NCBI RefSeq assembly: GCF_964355755.1
Contig: NC_092677.1
Span: 16,080,101 to 16,144,100 of the forward strand
From: Antedon mediterranea
Lineage: Eukaryota; Animalia; Echinodermata
Length of the DNA stretch: 64,000 nt
Reading direction: 5' to 3'
Part shown: piece by piece, positions 39,020 to 52,800 of the stretch
Position numbering within the stretch: position 1 is the first letter of the stretch
Layout of the letters: each line of letters opens with the position of its first letter
Notes under the pieces: generated by a model
Databases searched by the model: none
Told to the model about the DNA's origin: nothing
The model's input: only the letters and a program-made list of their open reading frames with translations
Program-made: the position numbers and the translations under genes

Positions 39020-42000
39020 TTATTTTTCTTACATTGTATTTGTTGTATCTTTGTCATTCTATATTAATTTTCCCTTACTGTAATTTTAAATGTGAATCCC
39101 ACTTCCTGATAAAGATACTACCTATTTTGTTTCCAGATACATTAAATTCTAATCAATGGCGGATGTATAAAGACATGTTGAAATTTAAAGTATTATAAAT
39201 ACAGCTATTTCAGTGTTTTTATGTTGGAAAAATGGCAAATGTCACATAAGATTGATATAGATTTTGGAATAAATCGCTCAAACAAATATAAATCACGTAG
39301 TAAAATTTGTATTCATTTTGAATGTACAGTACAGCAGGTAGATAAAGATTTATTCAGATGCAATCCTTCTTCATCTTTTATGTTGAATATTTAACATCAG
39401 TACGTTGTATTTTCACAATACAGGAAAACAAAATATGTATAATGTAATGCATTGATCGAAGACAGTACTGATATCTATTCTGTATCTATAGCTATTGGCA
39501 AAAAAATTAAATTGGTACTAAAGTACTTTTATCGTTTTTGTCAATTCGTTTTTATGCTTTTATAGCATGGGCGCAAGGCATGGCCTGTTTATGAATTTGT
39601 TTGTTCTAGAACCTTAGGCTTGTAGTTTACACCAGCAAGTTGAATGCTTTAGGAGTAGACCACTTCCTAGAACAATTTCAAACTCCATCAGAGTTTATTA
39701 TCAGCTGTGTGCTTGATGGGGTTAACTCCGTTTGGTCATTATGTCATTTATTGATGACATCATAGGCCACGAGTACGGTATCTACAGTATGTTTGAAGTC
39801 GTTCATATCCTGACCAGGTGATCATTAGCAAACCATCAATACAAAAAGCATTTTTAGCTGTGTAGTCTAATGCCATGCTGTGAAATAAAAATGATGAATT
39901 TGTGTGTCTAAGGAGGTACAAGGAGTGAGAGGGTTTGGGGATGGGTATTTGGTTTTCGGTTTAGAAGGGATGTTGATTGTGAATTTATATTTTATTGTTA
40001 TTTATTGTGAGAGCGCCTCTTTGTTGTAACTTTATTGTGGTAAGTTATTCCAATGATTGTTTATATAGGAAGATCCTTTCACTATAAACATTGTGGGCTT
40101 TTTTATTGGGTGATGATGTTTTGTTGAAACCTTTATTGTCTGAATAGAATCATATTTGTCTGTGGACAATTATACTGAGGACAAACATGAACTTATTATT
40201 ACTGAGTTCAAAATACAATAGACTTAGATGGAAGTGATTTTCTAAAAATTACATAATTGTTTTTCATATTTACTTGTCAAATGCAAGGCTATTAAGTATA
40301 CTTTATTTATAGTTATCATAATTGTCCCCATACTGTAAATCCTTTTCTGTTATGCAATGTCTGAAAAACTAATTTTGTTTTGGAATTCTATTGAAAACAT
40401 TAACTGATTTGTATTAAATCCAATGCTTGTATACTGTAAGCAGAAATATTATTCTTTTACACTATGTACATACATATAGGAATAGTTATGACAAGGCCAG
40501 TACTGATCTATTGAACCACAAATACCATGGCTTAAATGCATACTTAAATATATACGTCAAACCAGCCTCGCACCTGTGGTGAGGGAGCCTTCTGACTGCC
40601 TACATCACCTGCTCAAGATTACAGTCAGACAGCAGTGGCTTGCCACATTTTGCGATGCCATACACAGCCAACATGATATTTCACTATAGCCATCATGTCC
40701 CGGCAGATGTCGACGGGAAGTAAGGTGTTACATCATCAATGAGCAGCATCAGACCGCATCACTTCCTCTCCAGAAAAAATTATCGGCCAATTATCCATAT
40801 ATGCGAAGCTTGCATGCTGCATTTTTACACCGATCCTTGCTCACGTACATTTCTACGTTTTCAGTCTCATCAAACTCACATTATGAAACTATTTGCTAAT
40901 GTGTTTCAGTATTGCTTGTACTTATAGCAATATTTTATCATAATACGCTTCTCATCATCAAATTTGTATCTCTTTAAATGCAACAATTATGCATTTTATT
41001 TCCTTTTTTAACCCTAGATAAAAAGTACACATAATTACAATCATTCAAAATACACTACACCTTATGACAAAAAAAAAATGTTTACGCCTGACTGTATAAA
41101 GCATTAAAGCACTAAACCATGTAGCAGTATATTAATCTGACAATCTTTTTATCAGGTGTAGGCAGAATGAGGATAATTTATCGTAATTTGTCGCAACTAG
41201 GTAGTTGGGAAATAAACGCTTGTTACATGATTTTAAATTAGGTTGTGTCCTTGAGTTTCAAGCCAATTGACAGCTATGAACTTTTTATATGGGTTTTCTA
41301 GTAGGCCTAGAGCAAGATAGACACTGTTCAGATTGCTAGGTGTTGAAATTTCTTTATATCAAAAGTTGATGGGCTGAAGATGCCAACCTGTAGGGGTTGA
41401 TACAGATTTATTGGCCATTTATTTAAGTTAAAGTATTCATGTATATAGGCTGGTTAGGTTACATTTTGAGGCTATAAAGTTGATGTCAGGGGTGAATATG
41501 CCTTGTTTGTTATTATAGCAAATGGTTGTTTATGGTGAATGTAGTTACTGAATGATTGATAACAATGTTTGTGATAGGGTGCATCCTGATCTCTTCTTAA
41601 TTGTCTTTTTTCCTGTATTTCACTTTTTGCTGGAATTTTTACACACACCACACATCTACTAATTATGCTTCATAAAGTTACCACTTACACAATTTTGAGT
41701 ATACGAGGCCTACATAAGAAATATTAAAAAAAATATTGTATTGTGTTGACCACTAATTGAGTTTGAAATACTTATTTTATCAGTTTTAGGACTGTTTTTG
41801 ACATTTAAAACTATTAATATGCAAGGTATGGGGTATACTAGAACGTTATCATCTTGAAAAAGATAATTAGGGAAATATGAATGTTCCCAAGTATTTTAAA
41901 GTAAGTATTGTCCGTCAGTTACTAATGATCTCTTGATTTTCCCTACATTTTGTGCCGTTTAGGGTTCAACTTTAACCCTTTAACCTTCTCCGTACAGTAG

Positions 42001-43338
42001 CTCGTTTATAGGTCTGCACAGCCTGATTTACTTGCGTGTGCATCCAATAAATATTGCTCAGAGATCAACGTAAATATCCTCTAGCTCAGTACAAAACTCT
42101 CTTACCATAGTGAATATTTCATCAGGTAATTTCAGTACTGTTATTGATGTTTTTCTAAGCATGATTTAGACATAAATAGTTATACTTTTAAAACCCTGAA
42201 TAGCTCTTCAAAAGCTATTTCTCATGACTCTTAATTCCTGAAATGACACTACTAATAAATATCAGTAGTATATTTACTGCTATGGATCTACTGCTTATTT
42301 CCAAGTTAGGTATAAAATGTACTTGCTTACAGTGTAATAATAACCAATCAGTAGTACCTGGCCATAAATAGAGCCCTGGAGCCAACACTGTTACTTGTTA
42401 TAGGCCTATCATATTTGTATAAGTTGCCTGTGCACTATTGAAAATGAGTGCCCTGGTAAGTTATTAGCATCACAACAATAATAAAAATCATTGACTTAAT
42501 AACAAACAAAATATTTCTGCATTCAAATAGTTTTTTCCACTTTTTCTACATGTTATAATAAGGGGAAATATAAAGAAATTAAAAGTTATGAAATGATTTG
42601 TTTGATTCAATTTATGTACTGTAGCATGTTTTATTTCACCTACTAATATTAAAATCGATTAAAATCCATAAATATTAGCTCAATAGATTATTGAAAAATT
42701 CATTCCTAAACAAATATCTCATTAAACAAGTAAAAATTTATTTTTAGAGTTGTTGAAAATAAAAATATAAAAACAGGGGTTACTTTAGGAAAGAGGAAAG
42801 CATTTACAGCTGGTTGGAAACAATTATGGATGGATGAGTATATTGAAATGAACTCACTCTTGAAACACAACCAATTTTCGGTTTAGTTCGACCTACATTG
42901 TTCTGATCGTTTTCAAGTGTTTCATCTATTATCAGATTACCCTTGTGCTTTACCGGTAGAGACGCCAACAATAATCATGTTATCGTTAAAAGTAGCAAGA
43001 ATTCTAAAGATACGATTTCATTCACAATTTCATTCACAATTCCCTGTTGCCTCTCCATCTTACGATAGATCTGATAATTAGAAGACTCGTAGATACAGGT
43101 TTTAATTCTCTTGAGAATGAAGTATAAAAGATCTTTACAACCATGCAATTCCTGATTACTGTTGTGTAAATAATATAACAAAGTTAACAATTTAAATTTG
43201 TGAATCTTATTAGTGGAGTAATGAACCTACATTTTATTTATATGACATTTATCATAGCCAATCAGGATACACTATTCAGTATTATGCATAAAGTAATAAT
43301 CCGTTATGACATTTGTTTTTTGTGTTTTTGTCTTCTAG

Positions 43339-43460
43339 GTGTCTTATGTCAGGAATATGCCCCACAGATTATTGAGCATCCTCAATCTGTTATTGTGATT
43401 CGTAACAAGCCAACCACATTAATGTGTAGAGCGGATGGCAACCCAACACCTACATATCGA
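43339..43460 (+). CDS. robo: Roundabout (Robo) receptor, internal exon: end of signal peptide plus N-terminal half of Ig1
   Basis: Acceptor TTTTTGTCTTCTAG (AG 43337-38), donor GTAAGT (43461). Phase 1 start, phase 0 end. Peptide (G)VLCQEYAPQIIEHPQSVIVIRNKPTTLMCRADGNPTPTYR resembles ROBO1 [38 protein letters not shown]. Confidence 0.93.
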
Positions 43461-43789
43461 GTAAGTAATTTAAAACAAATAAATGACATTTTTCAAAACC
43501 AATAATTGAACTGCGATTGTGACAAATGCTGGAGTTATCATTTGGTGCATTTGAATATGTACTGTACTCACATAATAACAAAGTGAACAGCACTTATATA
43601 AGTGGGTACCAATGTTAATAAGCACTGACACAAACAAAGTGCATCAATAATAAAGTATTGCTATTCAATTACGATAAGTATTGCACTAAAAGCGCAGTTT
43701 TTTTTTCATTTCATTTTTCATTTATTCATTTAGGATCCATTCAACAATACATTTAAAATACATAAAAAAGAAAAAATACAAACAATTTG

Positions 43790-44085
43790 AATAAGAACCA
43801 CACTTAGATAAGTGCTAATTTAATAAGAACCGCATACAAATAAGTGCCTCAGACTTATAAGAACGTTACCACACACAAATAATTTAGTGCCTCAGACTGA
43901 AAAGAACCACAAATAAGTGCCTCAGACTTATAAGAACTACACACAAATAAATGCCTAATAATTTTAAAAACAACGTTTAAATAAGTGCCATTTTCATAAG
44001 GACCACATCAAATTAATGCCTCAGACTTTTAAGAAAAATGCTCAAATAAGTGCTTTTTTTATAAGGACCACACTCGAGTACATGC
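43790..44085. repeat. Degenerate ~35-45 bp minisatellite in the Robo intron
   Basis: About 7-8 copies of ATAAGAACCACAC..AAATAAGTGCCTCAGACTT-like units. Confidence 0.8.
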
Positions 44086-47000
44086 TGCCAATGTTTAAAG
44101 CAAATAAGATGTCGCATTTAAATTAAAGCAGAGTGTCACAATTTATATCCATACTTGTGTGGGTGACAAAGGTGAATAACCAACACAGTACCAATGGTGA
44201 ACAAGCAATATGAGTTAAGTGCAATTTTCAGAATTTAAAATTTTTTTTGTTCTTGTTTCATCATCTACAACATTTTAAATTCTGACAAACATTATGAACA
44301 ACCATTGTCATGAGTTCAATAAATCTCTTAATTGTGAAACTGCATTGTTTAACAAATTAAATAGAGTAGTAACAGTAAAAGTTCAGCTGACCTATGAGTT
44401 GATAATAATTATCGTCTGCTAATGCGTATGAACCTCAGTAAAGACATGCTGTCTCCACTAAATGAATCGGCCAAGTATAACGCATTTCTCGAAACTCCTT
44501 TACAACTTCTAAAGACAACAGCTCAAGGCCATTCTGGCTGTCAGAATTGTTTTTATTTACTGGGCAACTTCTTTTCTTGCTTTTAATGTCATGTGATAAA
44601 TCATCATGAATTCGTTTTGGAACAAAAATATCGTGCTAATTGGAAACATCAAAATAACAAAGAGGTTTATGAGGGATTCTGAAATTGCTTGAAATTTTAA
44701 TATTGAAATCAATTTCAAATTTTCAATTTCTTGAAACGATAGAAAATATTAACGAAAAGTAAAACATTTTATATTTTAGGTCAAACGAAACATGTTAGCT
44801 GACATGACAGCCATCTGAAACTTGTCTATAAATAAGAGCAAAAATTAATTTATACATTTTTTAGAACTAAACTAAATTCTCTGGCCAGATAAAATAAAAC
44901 ACCTGACTGTCCGGTTATGGTCAATTGTTCCTGACTGACAGTATAACATGGTTTACATGTCAAGGTTTGACAATTTCGTTAAAATCATATACGGTCCCAC
45001 ACGCTTGCTGACAAACAAGGTAATTTTTTCAGCGCTAATGGGCCATCCCTTGAGGTCCATCATTGCTCGCAGTGAAAAAACCACATCGTTTTCTTTTCTA
45101 CGGTAAGTTTTAACATCTCACTGATAAAAGAATGTCTCCATACATATTATCAAATTCCTGATGCTGTCCAGCGAGACGTAAGGTGATACGAAATGTGGTG
45201 TGTAAGCCCAGCTGGTGACTTGAAAGTGGTGAGGTTACTCTTTACCCATCTGCTTTCCCAGTATCAAATCACTGTAAACAAATACTTGATATAAGGTCAA
45301 GTTCACGCTGCAAGTTCACATCCAATTATTACACTTTGAAGTAGATCCTATCTCTATCGGTTATGAATACATTTGAAATGTTATCATTTCGACATTAAAA
45401 GGAATCGTGCAATTCTCCATATGTTGCAATAAAAATAAAAGGGATTTTATATTCTAGAAATGTAATTTTACAACTACAAGTTACCTTTTGTGGACCTGAT
45501 GTTTATTTGAAGTGTTGTGTACATCTTTCAATTGTGTAAACCCTAAGGTGTATCTTTTGGATGACTTCGGGGTTTCCCCAGTGTTCTTGGCACCATTTCA
45601 TGGACAGAGAGATGAGAGCTGCTTTGTGGTACCTAAAAGCCATGAAGGGATTCTTTTAGGACTGTATGATTGATTGTGTGCACACAGTAGGTTGCGAGTC
45701 ACAGGTTATACTCTGGATATTTTATCTATTTATTAGTAGGACTGGGGGTACACTATCCCATTTCTGTGTAGCAAGATATCATTTAGGACTCTCAATAAAA
45801 CATAAAAATGGTCAACAACAAAAAAAAAATTTATTATGTGAAAAGGTAAAACAACATTTAGATTTTTGAGATCATGAGCCCTTTTTACTTTTTTTAACAC
45901 ATAATCTATATCCACACACCTTGTAATCTACCACACACTTGTTGAGATACTAACAACAGACACTAACATGACCAAAGAAAACATTGAGGGTGGCTGTTTA
46001 AACTCCATAAATTATTAATGTGTTTGTATCTTCAGCACTTTCATTTTCAAAGTTAATAAACTTCAATCACCTTTGGGCAATATTCTCTGTATTACAAGTC
46101 GAGGCATGCAATTGGAAAAAAAAATATGGTTTTTTTGTAGCCTCTAAAAAATAAGGAGCAACACACATCCTCTTAATACTCCATATTGATATTAATCTTA
46201 ATTAAAATTACAAACAACTAAAAAATGAACTTTTTTAAAGAAGTTTGTCACTTTTAAGTTTTCAGTTCATATTTTACTTCTCAAATGTATACAATACTTT
46301 AATATTTGTCTTTATTATTTTTTTTAATACTTATGCCTCTGTTTCAAAAGTGTACCTTTTAAAAAAATGATTAGTTTCATTACAATATCAATTTTCATAT
46401 ATTCCTGAACAGTTATTTAGAACAGTGTATAGTGTCTTATGTCTTTGTCAGGCATGTAGAGTATTTGATTGGTTAATTAAAACATTGTCTTTTATCTATT
46501 CTCTTCTCTCATTGTATTTATTCTTTCTTTCTCATTGTTTAATCTAATAAAATCAGCTGATTTATTAAAATAAGTGAACCATGACATACAAAACTCGTAT
46601 ACATTTATTTAATAAAGATGTTAATTAATTTTCATCGTAAACAAAGATTTCCAAAGGCTGCGTCTACACACATGTTGCTAATCGGTAGTCTACTCCTTGT
46701 AATAACAACTCTATAATCATGATCAAATTACACAAAGATCAACAAAACCATCATGTTATAATGTAATGCTGCGATAATATTTACTTGTTCATTCCTTCGC
46801 CATGCCATTCATTTCTGGTAAATTAATGATGCCTGTTTGGATTGTCAATACAGGATTAATCTTCATTGTACGACTTTCTAGAAAGCAGTTCTTATTAATA
46901 ATGTTGAAGTTTATCAGCCGAGAATCTGTCGATAGTTGTAGACTAGTATTAGTATTATTAGTTTAATCTAAAATTGCATAATTTTCCAGCCAAGAACAAA

Positions 47001-48739
47001 GTAAATGTGCTTTGCATTGTCATGCCAATTTCGCATTATTGACATCTCTAAATGTGTTTATTGGATTGTTAAGTAAGACTAAGAGAGAAAAATAAAGCAG
47101 CTCAGACAATTTCAAATAGATAGGTTTGGAGACATTCAGGCATAGAGTTGTTTTGGCAGGGACAGTATACATGTTCTAGAACCACTCTAATATAAAACTA
47201 ATAAATTTGAATTTATTTTTTTCTTTTATTAAAAGTTCATTATTAAAATTTGGGTGTGTATAATACGTATTTTGCACACTACGCATTAAACAAAATTCTT
47301 GTATGATGATATAGGGACCTCAAGTTTATGAACACTTAATTATGTTTTATGATAGCTGATTGTGAAGACACGAAGTAGAGTAAGAGTGTGATTTTAGAAA
47401 AATGTGTGTAGATTATGTAACTACTAAATGCATAGGTCTACTGCTCCAAAATGGTATATGGTCAAAATAAATACAAGCATGTAATGTTTTTAGTTTTGTT
47501 TTAGTTTAGTTTACGTTTTTTGAAATAAATGAATAGATATTAATTCACAATTTTGATGTAGTCGTGAGAACAGAGAGACAAAATTAACCCGGCAATTGGA
47601 ATAAATAAGCTTCAAAACTCATATGAAGGTTTTTTTTTTGGTGTATTAAGAAAGTTCTGGTTGTAAGATACATTGAGAATACAGGTTTGCGAGCAAGTAT
47701 GTATAGCTACTGTACCCAAGCCATGATACCCAGAATGTTTTCTTAATATCAACTCTACCTATCACTAATTTATATTTTTCACAAAAATGCTTTGAAAATA
47801 TTATCACTAATGTACAATAAATATTTAATGCTGTTAGAGATTGTTTACAGTTTAAATTGTTGTCGCCATATTTTTCCATTTACAATTATCGATAATTCAC
47901 ATACAATTCACGCTTTGATTCATTCGACATTAAAAAGCTTTCGTCAGTAATGTTATTATTTTAGCGTTTCATAATTTCAGTTTACGGCCTTGATGGCGTT
48001 GAAGAATTATTGATATGAAAATTGAGCAAATCGTCGCCAACGATCAAACATGAAAGTTTTACTGCACATTTCGCAGAGTTACGAATTTGATCTCCCATTA
48101 TATTTACGTTTTTGAAGAGGCCTATAGGTAATGAGACCTAGATAAGTGTAAAGTTAAAACGGTTTTTGTTAGCGTAGTAAAATGCAATAAATCTTGAATA
48201 TGTTTGACTGCTGAAAATACCGCTTTAATCTGTCGAGTTACAACATTAAGCTACGCGCTGCATTGTGTAAAAAAATATGAATTTGCCCTACATAACTGAA
48301 ATGCTAGTCAAGAATATTACTGTACCAACTTTTCATAAATGCTTACAGTAATGTTACGGACCATATACAATTTATTACCACTGCATAACTACATCTTATT
48401 TATGCAATTACTTTCTAGCAAGTAGTTACTGAAGTAAAATAATTTTGGCTGCTATTACTATTATTACTAGCAAGTATGCCTGGCCCAGAGCGGGTTTCAA
48501 ATGTAGTTGAAAACCTTCACAGTACAATTCTGACCATTTTGATAACTCATTATCCACCAACGCCATTTTCCCTAATATATGTAATACACCATGGCTTTAT
48601 GGGTATATTATGCTGACATGACATAGTGTAAAAAAGTGTTCATTCAATCTAATGTAAGAATTCAAATTCTGTATTTTAGTGTCAACATCGTGCTATATAT
48701 TAGGCGTTATAATAAGTGATTTTCCTTTCTATCTTTCAG

Positions 48740-48920
48740 TGGTATAAAGATGGCCGACCACTTCGGCCTAGTAGTCATTATACGGTGTTACCTTCTGGTG
48801 CACTGTTCTTGCTGCGAGTAGCTCAAGGTCGCAGTGCACAAGATACGGGTGTGTACGTGTGCGAAGCAACAAATTATCTTGGAAGCGAGATCAGCCAAAA
48901 TGCCACATTAGAGGTTGCTT
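48740..48920 (+). CDS. robo: Roundabout (Robo) receptor, internal exon: C-terminal half of Ig1
   Basis: Acceptor TTTCCTTTCTATCTTTCAG, donor GTGAGT (48921). Phase 0 start joins the previous exon in frame; phase 1 end. WYKDGRPLRPSSHYTVLPSGALFLLRVAQGRSAQDTGVYVCEATNYLGSEISQNATLEVA resembles ROBO1 WYKGG...[50 protein letters not shown]. Confidence 0.95.
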
Positions 48921-48998
48921 GTGAGTATACTGTTGAGTTTTATTTATGTACTGTACCCTCATGGTATGATGGTAGTCTGCTTGCTTTGGTTTCGCTTA

Positions 48999-49815
48999 CC
49001 GTATATTTCGGTGTATAAGTCGCACTTTTGACACGCAAATTTGACCTCCAAATTAAGGGTGCGTCTTATACACCGAACATAAATGCCTCACCACACAGAT
49101 TGTACATAGGCCTAGGCTATCGTCACCTCGTTTGCTAGGCCTGAGTAGGCTAGGCCTAGCTACAGTAACTAACTAACGTAACGGCAACCTGCTTCTGCCT
49201 AGGCCTAGTTTCAAGTCATTTTAGCATGATGTTATACTAAATATGATGAAAAGATTTGTTCATTATGGCGCTCCGATAAAATTTCATTTGTAAACGTTTA
49301 CGTCGTACGATTGGAATAGTATTTATTTATACAGTAGTTATACGCACGATCGCCGTACCCCAAGCGCAAGCCCTTCTTTTGGTGGCACATGGTGTGCGGT
49401 ATTCGACTAGTATATTCTCCAGGTGATTATAGCATGGACCTAGCGTACACACTTCTCGGATACATAGATACTAATCGAATACGATTGTCCGTGAAAACGT
49501 GCGCCCTCTCGAAATGATCGAGCGAGGCTAGCCCACACACGTGCGTGTTACACACACGGTCATGCACTCGATGTTGCGGCGAAACTCATGAATAACAAGT
49601 CGAGCCTAGGTAAGAAAAAACCTAAATAAAGGACGCCGTTGTAGATATAACAAAATATATTATCACAATAATATTGATTACAATTTAAAAAAACATTGTT
49701 TTGATGAAATATAATGTGCGTCTTATACATCGACGATATAAAAAATACCGATATTTTACTCTCAGTTGGGGGTGCGTCTTATACACAGGTGCGACTTATA
49801 CACCGAAATATACGG
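48999..49815. mobile_element. Tc1/mariner-superfamily (pogo/Tc2-like) non-autonomous element, 817 bp
   Basis: Perfect 27-bp TIRs CCGTATATTTCGGTGTATAAGTCGCAC, TA on both sides, subterminal GTGCGTCTTATACA repeats (about 49059, 49717, 49772), CpG-rich interior and no transposase ORF. Confidence 0.93.
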
Positions 49816-52800
49816 TAATAATAAAAAATGATGAGGTGAAACAGTGCAATGATAGTTTGAGATCTTTTCGTGTGTGCATTGCCAATGAATTGGATGTTGG
49901 GCAATTGGTGCTGTGTATGTAGATACACAAAGATGAACAGAGGGCAACTGAACTGATTGCAATAGCATTTGGTCTGCTACTGTGGGTCTGTAGAGGGCCT
50001 ACCACAATTTTATCCAATGATTATACTACACAAGTTTGAGATCTGCTCAAATTTCTTTCTTGTGTGCTCTTTCTGTCTGCCATTTATGACATTGCCTACG
50101 TATTGGATGTTTGGCTGTCACCTTTTGTACATACTGTAAATGTACACAAGGCTTTGTTTGATGAAAATATCTTTGTGATGTTTGCAACTGTTTGTTCAAT
50201 GAAAAAAATGTTATTGCTTTTATTTTTAGTTTTTATTCCTGACGTAAATCTGTTGTTACTCTTGCCTTGTAATGAAGGTACTTTTGACCTACATTTAGAC
50301 ACGTATGAAATTAATTTCACATGTACACACTACGTACACGATAGCCAATTCACTTCTTTTAAATTAACGAAACATGAAATTCTGCACTCTCAACATAAAG
50401 ATTATGAAGAGAAGAATGATTGAATTTCATAGTAGATTTGGGTTTAGTTAAATTGAGTACATCTAAGGACGACATTCTTAAAATAATACGTGGAAACATG
50501 AGTACGAATAGATTGCCTATTCATAGTATGTCATCAGTGGAGTGATGACATATGAATCTATCAAAGCCTATATTTATGTGCAACATTCAATGGTACTCAA
50601 CATTTTTTTTAAAGAAACTGTGTTTATGTGACTGTATACTCAACTGATTTCATAATATTTGGTTTTTTTAAAGGGACTGTTATAACATTCAATAATAGTG
50701 CTTAAAGCTCAGGTACAGGCATGAATTTTAAATATAATATTTGGATAATTGTACATAAATCAAATATTTGTAACAGAAATCGAGACAAAAAAACATGAAT
50801 TTCCCTTAATATGGTCAAATACAAAATTTGGCAAAATTCTTCCATAAAAACCAGGAAGACTTTTTTTCAGTAGTTAGGTAGTTAACCTAATGTAATAACA
50901 AGTCTGATGACTCCCTAGACAGTGAAAAAAGATGGTGGATATACAGTGGATAATTTTTGCTATAGCATGAAAATAAAAATCTGAAGTTGAATAAAAATAT
51001 CAGAAATGTAATATTCAAGTTCTATTACCTATATTTAGTCATCTGATAACATTTTTTACCACACCGTTTATTTTTCATAGCTTTTTAAAATGCCTCTCTA
51101 TTTACAAAATGTGTGTACAAAAGAATAGAGATTTTACTGTGTAATTTGAACTATCCCCCCACTGATAAGAAAGTGCTTATTTTCAACAAGCTTGTGTAAC
51201 ACAAATAAAATCCAAAAAATTATGAAACATAGGGGAAACTTAAGATCCATAATTATTGGAATGTATGATCAATAGACATTTTTTGCCCGCACCTGGCCTT
51301 TAAAGGGACTGTGTAACATTCAATAATATTAGTTTCAGAAGTAGAGGCAGTTTTTTCATAATGTTGATTATTTTATGAATATTGTTATCATTGTATTTTG
51401 TTATGACATGAATAAATCACAAACATAAAATTTAATGTAAAATTATAAAATATATTACCGGTACCAAATAAATCAATCAAAGATGTAGAAAAATAATCTG
51501 TTTTGAACTTTAACGCATTAACTTGATAAAATTTGATTTTCCTTTACTTTCTTCAACTTGTGATGTTATAAATACTGTAGATTTAGAAATTGTCACACAT
51601 AGATCTTGGAGCCAGCAATGAGACAGTGAAACCTCAAAACCTCCTCAATTTTGAAATCTTATTTGAAAACTACATTTGTGCTGGAGAATTTAATTATGCA
51701 CACAAGACCAACAGCTTATGTCTTCATCTGAAGGATGCTTGATGAGTATTAAGTGTTTCTTCAAGGTCGCTTGCAGGAATGGCATGTTGAACTTCAGCAC
51801 TATGTCACACATATAATATTAGTATTGAAGTTAAGGGCAAATTGAGGGCAACCAATTAATTTCTTTCATTACCTTCCACCTGTTTTATGTAATATGTCTT
51901 AACAAATTTTAAACATTTGCTATGTTGTGCTATGTTTGTAATAAGATTTTACGAAACAGACAACTTATAAATTATTATTCAAATATATATTATATATATA
52001 ATTTATTGATTATAATTTCTGCAAGATGTAAAATATATATCAAGAAGATGAGAGGTATAAAAAATAAAAGCAAATTAATATGATTTTATTTTAGAAATTT
52101 ACCAACTGCAAACATTTTCAACATTAAAACAATTTATAATAAAAAAAAGTTTGAAAATATTAAATTAATATTATTCGAGTATAGTATATACTCTTAACAG
52201 AATATTAATATTATAAATTATTATATTATTAATTTTAATTATGTTAAAATAACATATATTTAATTTTTTCCAAGTACAATGTCAACACACACATTCCAAG
52301 TCCATGTTCCAAGTGTGAATAACATTTGAAGTGAATGATTATGAATGAAATAATGATATTTAAGATGAACATTTATAGGTATATATAATTGTTGTTGTTG
52401 TTGTTGTGATCAAAAGTTTTTAGAAAATTGTAAACATCATAAAAAATCCAACGTCATGCTAATTCAAATTTCTAAAAACCAATTTAATTGCGAAATTTGT
52501 AAATGTCATCATCGTTATCGTATATTGTTTATAACTGTAGGTCCTTTTTTGCAGATTATATTCAAATTATTGGAACTTTATTGACATTTAAAAATATTCA
52601 TACTTGCAATGTTAAAACACTAAGTTTAAAATTCATGACGTTAGGAAAAATGTTGTGACGACTTGATATTATGTCACGAAATAACCACGAACATCTGGTT
52701 TCAAAGTAAATGCTTTTTTTGAATATCATTTTTAAAGTTAAATTTTTATACACGGATTATGAAATCGTAACTATTACCTTTAGGTAGGTATGTTGTTTCA

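Noticed and set aside
43200-43505. Track ORF (101 aa) as a complete gene
   Set aside because: Only 43339-43460 is exon. The rest is intron read-through.
48716-49018. Track ORF (100 aa) as a stand-alone Ig protein with a hydrophobic tail
   Set aside because: Bounded by canonical splice sites. The tail is intron plus MITE TIR.
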